This document shows positions 56,065-64,000 of a stretch of DNA of 64,000 bases, piece after piece. Under the pieces are notes generated by a model that saw only the letters and a program-made list of their open reading frames with translations, did no database searches and had not been told where the DNA came from. The position numbers and the translations under genes were made by a program. The stretch comes from an uncultured bacterium (lineage in GTDB: Bacteria > Edwardsbacteria > AC1 > EtOH8): NCBI GenBank assembly GCA_937863685.1, contig CALMGM010000005.1, forward strand, positions 909,046 through 973,045. Reading direction: 5' to 3'. How positions within the stretch are numbered: the stretch's first letter is position 1; each line of letters begins with the position of its first letter.

Positions 56065-56093
56065 TGAGAAAACATGGCCGATTCTGCTATAAT
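56065..56093 (+). promoter_or_regulatory. Sigma70 promoter TTGAGA-N17-TATAAT for proS
   Basis: ttgaga 56065-70, tataat 56088-93, RBS aagagg, TTG start 56134. Confidence 0.5.
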
Positions 56094-56133
56094 AAAAGTT
56101 AAGCTGTAACAAAATCCAAAAAAGAGGTGACAC

Positions 56134-57855
56134 TTGCGCTGGAGTAAAGCTTTTATACCCACTCTCAAGGAGGACCCGGCCGAGGCCGAGATGCAGAGCC
56201 ACCGGCTGATGCTGAGGTCCGGGATGATCCGACAGCTGGCTGCCGGGGTCTACGAATATCTGCCGCTGGGATGGCGGGTGCTTTTGAAAGTGAAGCAGAT
56301 AGTGCGGGAGGAGATGAACCGGGCCGGGGCCCAGGAGCTCTATCTGCCAGCCCTGGCGCCGGCAGAGATCTGGCAGGAAAGCGGACGGTGGGACGGTTTC
56401 GGGGACGAGATGTTCCGGGTAAAGGACCGTAAAAAAAGGGATTACGCCCTGTGCCCCACCCACGAGGAGATCATCACCGACCTGGCCCGGGCCAAGGTCC
56501 GTTCCTACCGGGACCTGCCCCAGAACTGGTATCAGATGCAGGTGAAGTTCCGCGACGAGCCCCGGCCCCGTTCCGGGGTGCTTCGGGTGAGGCATTTCAT
56601 CATGAAGGACGCCTACAGCATGGACCGGGACCAGGCCGGATTGGATGCCTCTTACCGGGCCATGTACGACGCCTACCATAGGATATTCTCCCGTTGCGGC
56701 ATCAAATTCTTCGTGGTGGGGGCATCATCCGGATTGATGGGCGGCAGCGGCTCCCAGGAATTCATGGTGTCCTCGCCCTCCGGCGAGGATTCCTGCGCGG
56801 TCTGCCCGGTCTGCGGCTATGCCGCCAACCTGGAAGTGGCCCGGTCCCAGGTAAAACCTCCGGATTATCCCGGCGCCCCTCTGACGGAGGTCCCCACCCC
56901 GGAAAAGCGGACGGTGGAGGAGGTCTGCGGATTTCTGAAGGTGTCCCCAGCGCAGCTGGTCAAGAGCCTGTTGTATATGGCGGATGGCCAGCCGGTATTC
57001 GCCCTGGTTCGGGGTGATGATGAATTGAACGAGCCCAAATTCCAATCGACCCTGGGTTCCGGCAATCTCCGTCCGGCCACACCGGAGGAAGTGCTTAAAT
57101 ATACCAAGGCCAATGTAGGTTTCATCTCCCCGGTAGGCGTCGAAAATATAAGAATATTGGCCGACCTGGCGCTGCAGGGCGCACAGGGGATGGTTTCCGG
57201 CGCCAATAAGGATCACTATCACCTGACAGGGATCGATCTCTCTCGTGACATCAAAGTGGAGAAATATATCGACCTGAGGGTGGTCAAGGCAGATGAGTCC
57301 TGTATAGAGTGCGGCAAACCATTGATCGTTACCCAGGCCATCGAACTGGGGCACGTTTTCAAGCTGGGTACCAAGTATTCCCAGGCCATGAAAGCCCATT
57401 TCGTAGATGAGGACGGCAGCGAGAAGCCGCTGGTGATGGGATCATACGGCATCGGCATCGAGCGGGTGGCGGCCTGCATCATCGAACAGAGCCACGACCA
57501 GGCGGGCATCATCTGGCCGCTGGCGGTGGCGCCCTACCAGGTGATTATCAGCCAGCTGGGCGGCCCGGGGACCGAATCGGCCAAAGTGTCCGAAACTTTA
57601 TATCATGAACTGCAGGACGCCAGGTTCGAGGTTCTGCTGGACGACCGGGAGGAGCGCCCGGGCTTCAAGTTCAAAGACGCCGACCTGACCGGCATTCCCA
57701 TCCGCATCAACGTGGGCGAAAAGAGCCTGCAGGAGGGGCTGGTGGAGATCAAACAGCGCAAGGACGGGCAGGTATTCAAAGTGCGGCCCGAGGAGGTGCG
57801 GCGCAAGGTCCAGGAATTGACCTCGGTGGAGATGTGGCCGCTGAAGCAGCAGTAA
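56134..57855 (+). CDS. proS: Proline--tRNA ligase (bacterial type with INS editing domain)
   Basis: RSGMIRQLAAGVYEYLPLG, class II motifs, 573 aa. Confidence 0.9.
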   Translation: MRWSKAFIPTLKEDPAEAEMQSHRLMLRSGMIRQLAAGVYEYLPLGWRVLLKVKQIVREEMNRAGAQELYLPALAPAEIWQESGRWDGFGDEMFRVKDRKKRDYALCPTHEEIITDLARAKVRSYRDLPQNWYQMQVKFRDEPRPRSGVLRVRHFIMKDAYSMDRDQAGLDASYRAMYDAYHRIFSRCGIKFFVVGASSGLMGGSGSQEFMVSSPSGEDSCAVCPVCGYAANLEVARSQVKPPDYPGAPLTEVPTPEKRTVEEVCGFLKVSPAQLVKSLLYMADGQPVFALVRGDDELNEPKFQSTLGSGNLRPATPEEVLKYTKANVGFISPVGVENIRILADLALQGAQGMVSGANKDHYHLTGIDLSRDIKVEKYIDLRVVKADESCIECGKPLIVTQAIELGHVFKLGTKYSQAMKAHFVDEDGSEKPLVMGSYGIGIERVAACIIEQSHDQAGIIWPLAVAPYQVIISQLGGPGTESAKVSETLYHELQDARFEVLLDDREERPGFKFKDADLTGIPIRINVGEKSLQEGLVEIKQRKDGQVFKVRPEEVRRKVQELTSVEMWPLKQQ

Positions 57856-57906
57856 AAAAGTTCTTGCAATCCATTCGGATATAAGCTATAATTCACCTTG
57901 ACTTGA

Positions 57907-57940
57907 TTTTAGGAGAGCGGGTACAAAGCCCGCTCTCTTT
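57907..57940 (+). terminator. Rho-independent terminator after proS (gagagcggg-tacaaa-gcccgctctc + TTTT)
   Basis: Read directly. Confidence 0.6.
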
Positions 57941-58018
57941 TGCTATCCGAAAAACCAGCCGGAATTTTAACTGCGGAGACGCAGAGATCGCCAAGATTTA
58001 TAAATCTGCATTTCCCTT

Positions 58019-58045
58019 GGTGTCTTGGTGCCTTAGTGGTTTAAA
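58019..58045 (+). promoter_or_regulatory. Second copy of GGTGTCTTGGTG-CCTTAGTG-GTTTAAA motif, immediately upstream of rimP-nusA-infB
   Basis: See 26084-26108. Confidence 0.35.
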
Positions 58046-58058
58046 CAAACAGGATACA

Positions 58059-58547
58059 ATGGAAATAAAAAAAACCGCCGAAGAGATCATAAGCAAAATA
58101 AAAGAGATTGCCCAACCCCTGGCCGATGAGATGGGGCTGGAGCTGGTGGACGTGGAATACAAGGCCGGAGGCGATTTCCTGAGGGTGTTCATCGAACGAC
58201 CCGGCAAAGGCGTTGCCATGGATGACTGCAGCAGCTTGTCCCGCCGTCTTTCGGCCGAGCTTGACAACAACGACCCCATTGTCCATTCCTATAATCTGGA
58301 AGTGTCATCTCCGGGGCTGGACCGGCCGCTGAAGAAAGAGGAGGATTATCTCCGTTACGCCGGGAAACCGGCCAGGATCATCCTCTCCCAGCCCCTGAAC
58401 GGCCAGAATACTTTCGTGGGGAATATCGGCGAGCTCCGGAACGGGATGGTCAGGATCAATCTGAAGGATCAGGAAGCGGTATGGCTGCCGCTGGCCCAGA
58501 TAAAGAGGTCCCATCTGGAAGTGGAACTGAAAAAGAAACAGACCTAA
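58059..58547 (+). CDS. rimP: Ribosome maturation factor RimP
   Basis: LELVDVEYKAGGDFLRVFIERPGKGV...VSSPGLDRPL; start at MEIKK downstream of proS terminator. Confidence 0.8.
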   Translation: MEIKKTAEEIISKIKEIAQPLADEMGLELVDVEYKAGGDFLRVFIERPGKGVAMDDCSSLSRRLSAELDNNDPIVHSYNLEVSSPGLDRPLKKEEDYLRYAGKPARIILSQPLNGQNTFVGNIGELRNGMVRINLKDQEAVWLPLAQIKRSHLEVELKKKQT

Positions 58548-58627
58548 CCCCCATACCATCCCCGGAAGGGATGGTCGGGATGCAAAATAACACCAGTGAT
58601 CACCTACATACTTAAGGAGTAAAAGTC

Positions 58628-60067
58628 GTGTCCAACCTAGACGTAATCGAAGCCCTGAGCGAAATCGCCAGGCGCAAGAACCTGAGCAAGGAATTCGTCA
58701 TCGAAACCCTTAAGCTGGGCCTGCTGCAGGCCTGCAAAAAGCGGTTCGGCACCTCGGACAACATATTCGTGGAGCTGGAGGACGATACCGGGGAGATAGG
58801 GATCTTTGCCAAGAAAACCGTGGCCGAAGAGGTGGTCAATCCGGCCCTGGAGATATCGGCCGAAGACGCCGCCGAATACATCGATGATCCCCAGCCGGGC
58901 GACGAGGTGGAGGTGATACTGCCCTTCGAGGATTTCGGACGGATGGCCATCCAGGCCACCAAGCAGATACTGTTCCAGAAGGTTCGGGAGGCCGAGCGGG
59001 AGCAGGTGTTCAAGGATTTCTCCGGCAAGGTGGGCGACATTGTCAGCGGCACCGTCCAGCAGATCAGCCGGGACGACATCCTGGTCAGCCTGGACCGCAC
59101 CGAGGCGGTACTGCCCTATTCCGAGCAGATCCGCTCCGAGCGCTACCAGCAGGGGCGCACCGTCAGGGCGGTGGTGATAGACGTGGCCAAGACCATCAAG
59201 GGGCCGCAGGTGATACTGTCGCGCAGCCATCCCGATTTCGTAAAACGCCTGTTCATGCAGGAGGTGCCGGAGACCAAGGAGGGGTTGGTGGAGATAAAGG
59301 CCGTGTCCCGCGAGCCGGGAGACCGGGCCAAGGTGGCGGTCTTCTCCCGGGACAACAAGATCGACGCCGTGGGGGCCTTTGTGGGGCTCAAGGGCGCCAG
59401 GGTCCAGACCGTGGTCCGGGAACTGTCCGGCGAGAAGATAGATATAGTCCCCTGGTCGTCCGATCCGGCCATGTTCGTGGCCAGGGCCCTTTCCCCGGCC
59501 AAGGGGCTGGAGGCCTTCCCCGAGCCCGAGGAGAAACGGGTGATAGTTATCTGCCCCGACGACCAGTATTCGCTGGCCATCGGCAAGAGAGGCCAGAACG
59601 TCCGGCTGGCGGCCAAATTGACCGGCTGGCGGATAGACGTTATGACCGACAGCCAGTATCAGGAACGATTCGAGGCCCTGGCCCAGGTGCAGATCCCGGT
59701 GGAGGAACTGGGGATCTCCGACAAGATCAAGGCCAAGCTCAAAGAGGCCGGCCTGACCACCGCGGAGAAGCTTATAGCATCCGGCGAGGAAGGACTGACC
59801 AGTATCGAGGGCATCGGCGCCAAGACCGCCGAGAAGGTGCTGTCGGCCGCCAAGGAGGCCAAGGATGCCCAGTTGATGCATTTTGACGAGAAGAACGCCC
59901 CGGCCAAGGATGCCGCCCCGCCTGCCACGGCTGAACCCGCGGAGGATACCGCGGAGGATGCTGCGGTGAAGAAAGATGGCAAAGAATCCCAGGATCAGGC
60001 CGCTGAAGACAAGAAGGGCGCCGATGAGAATGACCAGGACGGAGAACCAACGGAACCGCAGGAATAG
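58628..60067 (+). CDS. nusA: Transcription termination/antitermination factor NusA with acidic C-terminal tail
   Basis: GTG start with aaggag RBS; S1 and KH domains (GDIVSGTV, ...), 479 aa. Confidence 0.9.
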   Translation: MSNLDVIEALSEIARRKNLSKEFVIETLKLGLLQACKKRFGTSDNIFVELEDDTGEIGIFAKKTVAEEVVNPALEISAEDAAEYIDDPQPGDEVEVILPFEDFGRMAIQATKQILFQKVREAEREQVFKDFSGKVGDIVSGTVQQISRDDILVSLDRTEAVLPYSEQIRSERYQQGRTVRAVVIDVAKTIKGPQVILSRSHPDFVKRLFMQEVPETKEGLVEIKAVSREPGDRAKVAVFSRDNKIDAVGAFVGLKGARVQTVVRELSGEKIDIVPWSSDPAMFVARALSPAKGLEAFPEPEEKRVIVICPDDQYSLAIGKRGQNVRLAAKLTGWRIDVMTDSQYQERFEALAQVQIPVEELGISDKIKAKLKEAGLTTAEKLIASGEEGLTSIEGIGAKTAEKVLSAAKEAKDAQLMHFDEKNAPAKDAAPPATAEPAEDTAEDAAVKKDGKESQDQAAEDKKGADENDQDGEPTEPQE

Positions 60068-60075
60068 GAGACACT

Positions 60076-62562
60076 ATGGCAGAGACAAAAAAAACCACCA
60101 AAGCCCCCAAGAAGACCACCAAGCCGGCTGTAGCCAAGGAAACGGTCAAGAAGGAGCCGGTCAAGAAGAAGCCGGTCGCCAAAAAGAAGACCGAATCCGC
60201 CAAACCGGCCAGGGAAGTAAAGGTCTTTGAGGCGGCCAAGGATCTGAAGATATCGGCCGATGCCCTGCTCTCCATGCTCAACGAGCTCAATTTCAACATC
60301 AAGAGCCGGATGAGCCTGGTCACCAAGGATATGCTGGAATCCGTCAAGCTGAAGTTCGAAGAGGAAAAAGAAGCGGTCAAGAAGGAACAGCAGCAGCAGA
60401 AGAAGATCCAAGAGAAAAAAGAGGCCACGGTCAAGGCTGAGGCCAAGGTGGAGGTGGCGCCTCCGATCGTGGTGTCAAAGGTCCCGACGGTAAAACCCGC
60501 CCTAAGAAAACCGGTGCCGCCCAAGCCGGTGGTACACAAGCCGGTGATCACCAAGATCGTGCCCACCCCCATTGAATATCCGACCGAGATGACCGCTCCC
60601 TATCCTAAAGCGCCTGACGAAGAGGATGCGTTGGGAAAAGGAAAACGGAAAAGAAAACGCAAAAGGAAAAAACAGAAGGAAAAAAAGCTGGCCATAGACC
60701 ATGTGGCCATCGCCGCAACGGTCAGGCAGACCATGGCCGCCATCGAAAGGGGCAAGGCCCGGAGATCCTATAAAGGCAAGGAGCGGGGGGATATCCTGGA
60801 GGAGACGGCTGACGAAAAGACCATCAGGCTGCCGGAATATTCCTCGGTGGCCGACCTGGCCCAGGCCATTGGGGTCAAACCGGGAGAGGTGATCGCCAAA
60901 GCCCTGGGATTGGGTTTGATGGTCACCATCAACCAGCGGCTGGACCTTGACACCCTGGCCACCATCGCCGACGATTTTGGCTTTGTGCTGGAGGAGCAGG
61001 ATGAGTTCAACCAGCCGGAGGAGAAGGAGGAGGCCGAGCAGTCCCCCGAGAACCTGAAGCCCCGGCCTCCGGTGGTGACGGTGATGGGCCATGTGGACCA
61101 CGGCAAGACCACCCTGCTGGACACCATCCGCAAGACCGATGTGGCCGGCGGGGAACACGGCTCCATCACCCAGCATATCGGGGCCTACGAGGTCAAGCTG
61201 GAGCACGGCTCCATTACTTTTCTGGACACCCCGGGCCATGAGGCCTTTACCGCCATGCGGGCCAGGGGCGCCCAGGTGACCGATATCGTCATTCTGGTGG
61301 TGGCCGCCACCGAGGGGCTGATGCCCCAGACCCGGGAGGCCATCGACCATGCCCAGGCGGCCAAAGTGCCGATCATTGTGGCCATCAACAAGATCGACCT
61401 GCCGGGAGCCGACTCCAACCGGGTGAAGCAGGATCTGTCCAAGGTTGGTTTGCTGGTTGAGGACTGGGGAGGCAAGACCATCGCCGTGGAGGTTTCGGCC
61501 AAGACCGGGCTCAATGTGGAAAAGCTTTTGGAAATGATATTGCTGCAAGCCGACCTGTTGGAACTTAAGGCTAATCCCGACTGTCCGGCCAGAGGCACGG
61601 TGATAGAATCGCGGCTGGACAAGGGCAAAGGCATTCTGTCCACCGTTCTGGTTCAGCAGGGCACCCTGGAGAAGGGCCAGCCATTTGTGGCCGGACTTTT
61701 CAGCGGCCGGGTGCGGGCCATGTACGACGAGCGCGGCGGACTGATATTAAAGGCCGGTCCGTCCAGCGCGGTGCTGGTCCAGGGCTTTGAGGGCGCCCCC
61801 ATGGCCGGCGATTCCTTCCAGGTGTACCAGGTGGAATCCGAGGCCCGGGAGATGGCCAACCGCCGCCAGCAGCTCAAGCGGGAGCAGGAATTCCGCCCGG
61901 CCAAGAAGATCACTTTGGAGGGCATCTACGACCAGATCCAGGAAGGCGCCATCCAGGAACTGAAGCTGGTGATCAAGGGCGACGTGGCCGGCTCCATTGA
62001 GGCCATCGGCGATTCGGTGTTCAAGATGTCCAACGACAAGGTCAAACTGCTGGTGATCCACAAGGGGGTGGGAGCCATCAACGAGTCCGACGTCCGGCTG
62101 GCCCAGGCCTCCAACGCCATCATCATCGGCTTCCACGTCAGGCCCGAGGAGCGGGCCCGGGAGCTGGCCGAGAACGAGGGGGTGGAGATCCGCATGTACA
62201 ACATCATCTACGACGCCCTGGAGGACCTGCAGAAGGCCCAGAAGGGTATGCTGGCCCCGGTGTTCAGGGAAGTGGTGCAGGGCCGGGTGGAGGTGCGGGA
62301 GACCTACAAGATATCCGGGGTGGGAACCATCGCCGGCTGCCAGGTCCAATCCGGGACCATCGCCCGTTCCCACAAGGTCCGCCTGCTAAGGGACAATGTG
62401 GAGGTATACAACGGGAAATTCGCTTCGCTCAAACGCTTCAAGGACGATGTCCGCGAGGTTCAGACCGGCTTCGAATGCGGCCTGGGGCTGGACCAGTTCA
62501 ACGACATCAAGGTGGGCGACATCGTGGAGACCTATATCATAGAGGAGATAGCCCAGGAATAG
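60076..62562 (+). CDS. infB: Translation initiation factor IF-2
   Basis: Lys-rich N-terminus, G-domain [26 protein letters not shown]; 828 aa. Confidence 0.9.
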   Translation: MAETKKTTKAPKKTTKPAVAKETVKKEPVKKKPVAKKKTESAKPAREVKVFEAAKDLKISADALLSMLNELNFNIKSRMSLVTKDMLESVKLKFEEEKEAVKKEQQQQKKIQEKKEATVKAEAKVEVAPPIVVSKVPTVKPALRKPVPPKPVVHKPVITKIVPTPIEYPTEMTAPYPKAPDEEDALGKGKRKRKRKRKKQKEKKLAIDHVAIAATVRQTMAAIERGKARRSYKGKERGDILEETADEKTIRLPEYSSVADLAQAIGVKPGEVIAKALGLGLMVTINQRLDLDTLATIADDFGFVLEEQDEFNQPEEKEEAEQSPENLKPRPPVVTVMGHVDHGKTTLLDTIRKTDVAGGEHGSITQHIGAYEVKLEHGSITFLDTPGHEAFTAMRARGAQVTDIVILVVAATEGLMPQTREAIDHAQAAKVPIIVAINKIDLPGADSNRVKQDLSKVGLLVEDWGGKTIAVEVSAKTGLNVEKLLEMILLQADLLELKANPDCPARGTVIESRLDKGKGILSTVLVQQGTLEKGQPFVAGLFSGRVRAMYDERGGLILKAGPSSAVLVQGFEGAPMAGDSFQVYQVESEAREMANRRQQLKREQEFRPAKKITLEGIYDQIQEGAIQELKLVIKGDVAGSIEAIGDSVFKMSNDKVKLLVIHKGVGAINESDVRLAQASNAIIIGFHVRPEERARELAENEGVEIRMYNIIYDALEDLQKAQKGMLAPVFREVVQGRVEVRETYKISGVGTIAGCQVQSGTIARSHKVRLLRDNVEVYNGKFASLKRFKDDVREVQTGFECGLGLDQFNDIKVGDIVETYIIEEIAQE

Positions 62563-62736
62563 TGACCGGCACATGTTATATTTGTCTTGTAGAACAAAAA
62601 GCCAATCAACGGCGAAGACCTGCCCGGAAAGCCCGGCCCGGCCCCGGGATATTGATATTGCAGCCTTGTCGACGGAAGAACCCATGATCATCTTTGCTTC
62701 TTTACCGAAACCATAAAATAACAGGAAGGAGCTCCA

Positions 62737-63863
62737 TGATGTTAAGAAAAATGGCGGCGGCGCTGGTGGCGGCCTGGTGTTTGGCCGGGATGATAGCCGG
62801 TTCGGCGCTTTGCCAGGAACCGGCCAAGGGAACCATCTCCGGGATCATCAAGGACCGCGATGCCGGCACCCCCATGAAGGGGATGATAACATTTCCCGGC
62901 ACCGACGTTCCGGGGGTGGTCAGCGATTCGGCCGGCCAGTACCTGGTGGAGCTGGCGCCGGGAGAGTACAAGATACACATCTATGCCAACGGATACCGCT
63001 GGATAGAAAGAAAGATAACAGTGGCCTCCGGCCAGGCCGAAAAGTGGGACCTGACGCTGAAGCGCAAGGTGGTCGAGGTTTCGGGGATCGTCAGCGATTC
63101 GGCCAGCGGCCTTCCGCTGAAGGCCATGATCAGCATCACCGGGCCTCAGGAGTTGCAGACCGAGAGCCAGGAGGCGGACGGCGGATACCGGGCGGAGCTG
63201 AAGCCGGGGAACTACCAGATGATGTTCGCCGCCTCCGGGCATCAGCCGGCCAGCCGCAGCCTGAGCCTGAGGGACAAAAAACCGCAAAAGCTTGACGTCA
63301 AGCTGTCCGGCCAGGGGGGCTCGGCCTCCGGCAAGTGGCAGGTCAGGCTGGGCGGCGGCGTGACCAAAGTGATGGGCGGGGTCATTCCCGAGGCCGCCTA
63401 CGGCTACATGATCAGGGCCGGAGGCGTTAGGGAAATCACCGAGAACCTGCTGGTGGGATTGGCCGTGGGCTACGGCAGCAATAAGCTGAGGGGAATAGTG
63501 TGGGATCCCAATTACACGCTTTACCAGACGACTTATATAAATGCGGAAATAGACGGCCGCTATCGTTTTGGTTTTTGGGAAAAGGTCAAACCATATGTCA
63601 TGATAGGCGCCGGGATACTGTCATGGCAGAATATCTATGACGGAGCTGTCTATGTTGATCCGGTAAGCGGCGAGGAACAAAAGGCTGCCAGCCCAATATT
63701 TAGCGGCGGTGCGGGGATCGAATACTCCGTTGCCGAAAAGATATTCCTGTGGGGGCAGGGCCGAGGCGGAATGTTCCTGTCGGGAGACAAGATCACCACC
63801 GGATTTTTGGTTAAAGACAATCTTTTGGCCGAAGGCTCTTTGGGCGTGGGCTACAGATTCTAG
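62737..63863 (+). CDS. Outer-membrane protein: two carboxypeptidase-regulatory-like (CarboxypepD_reg) domains + C-terminal beta-barrel
   Basis: Signal peptide; repeated GxIxG...D...G.P..A.I blocks; C-terminal alternating-hydrophobic strands ending GYRF. Confidence 0.5.
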
Positions 63864-64000
63864 GGCCGCCGCAAAAGAATCATCATGGTTATTGGCATCT
63901 GCAGAATTTCCCTGTTCATTCCAGGCAGCCATTCGCTTAAGGACAGGAGACGGGCAATAAAAAGCCTGAAACAAAGACTGCGGAATGAATTCAACCTTTC

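Noticed and set aside
58637-60572. Long minus-strand ORFs (414 aa, 266 aa) antisense to nusA and infB
   Set aside because: They overlap universally conserved genes. Their composition is Gly/Leu/Ala-rich without motifs. GC-driven artefacts.
1-64000. CRISPR arrays, IS transposases, integrases, rRNA/tRNA genes
   Set aside because: No regularly spaced direct repeats, no DDE or tyrosine-recombinase-like ORFs, and no rRNA/tRNA signatures were seen on either strand.

Overview
This is a 64-kb, high-GC (about 60%) chromosomal window, gene-dense on both strands. It most plausibly comes from a member of the FCB superphylum or a related candidate phylum. The pointers are a type IX secretion C-terminal sorting domain, a PorV/PorQ-like outer-membrane barrel, and a bifunctional LpxC-FabZ.

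Housekeeping content:
- purE (partial) and greA at the left end.
- A Zur-znuC-znuB operon with a textbook sigma70 promoter and a Zur-box palindrome.
- lpxC/fabZ-lpxA, an NfeD/stomatin pair and feoAB.
- Three tandem SurA/parvulin PPIases, then proS and the rimP-nusA-infB operon.

Accessory content:
- A nitrosative-stress cluster (Rrf2 regulator, rubredoxin, cupin, hybrid-cluster protein).
- A stretch at 14.5-19.8 kb in which single stress genes (TPR, DUF4145/HEPN-like, SRPBCC, msrB, GyrI-like, ArsC/Spx-like, speD) are separated by five copies of one near-identical palindromic hairpin. Two of these genes are strongly AT-rich.
- A DNA-damage island: alkyltransferase-like protein, AlkD-like glycosylase, RadC, a CrtI-like flavoenzyme translationally coupled to a pyrimidine-dimer-glycosylase-like protein, and a SET-domain protein.
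- Secreted proteases: a LIM-repeat/DA1-like metallopeptidase and an M1-family peptidase.
- Several short AT-rich islands.

The most unusual structure is two paralogous four-helix-bundle genes (23S rRNA intervening-sequence protein / DGR-Avd family). Each is inserted between genes of a conserved operon, and each is bracketed by its own 11-14 bp inverted repeat. This is the architecture of RNase III-excised intervening sequences.

No tRNA, rRNA, CRISPR array, transposase or integrase was recognised.
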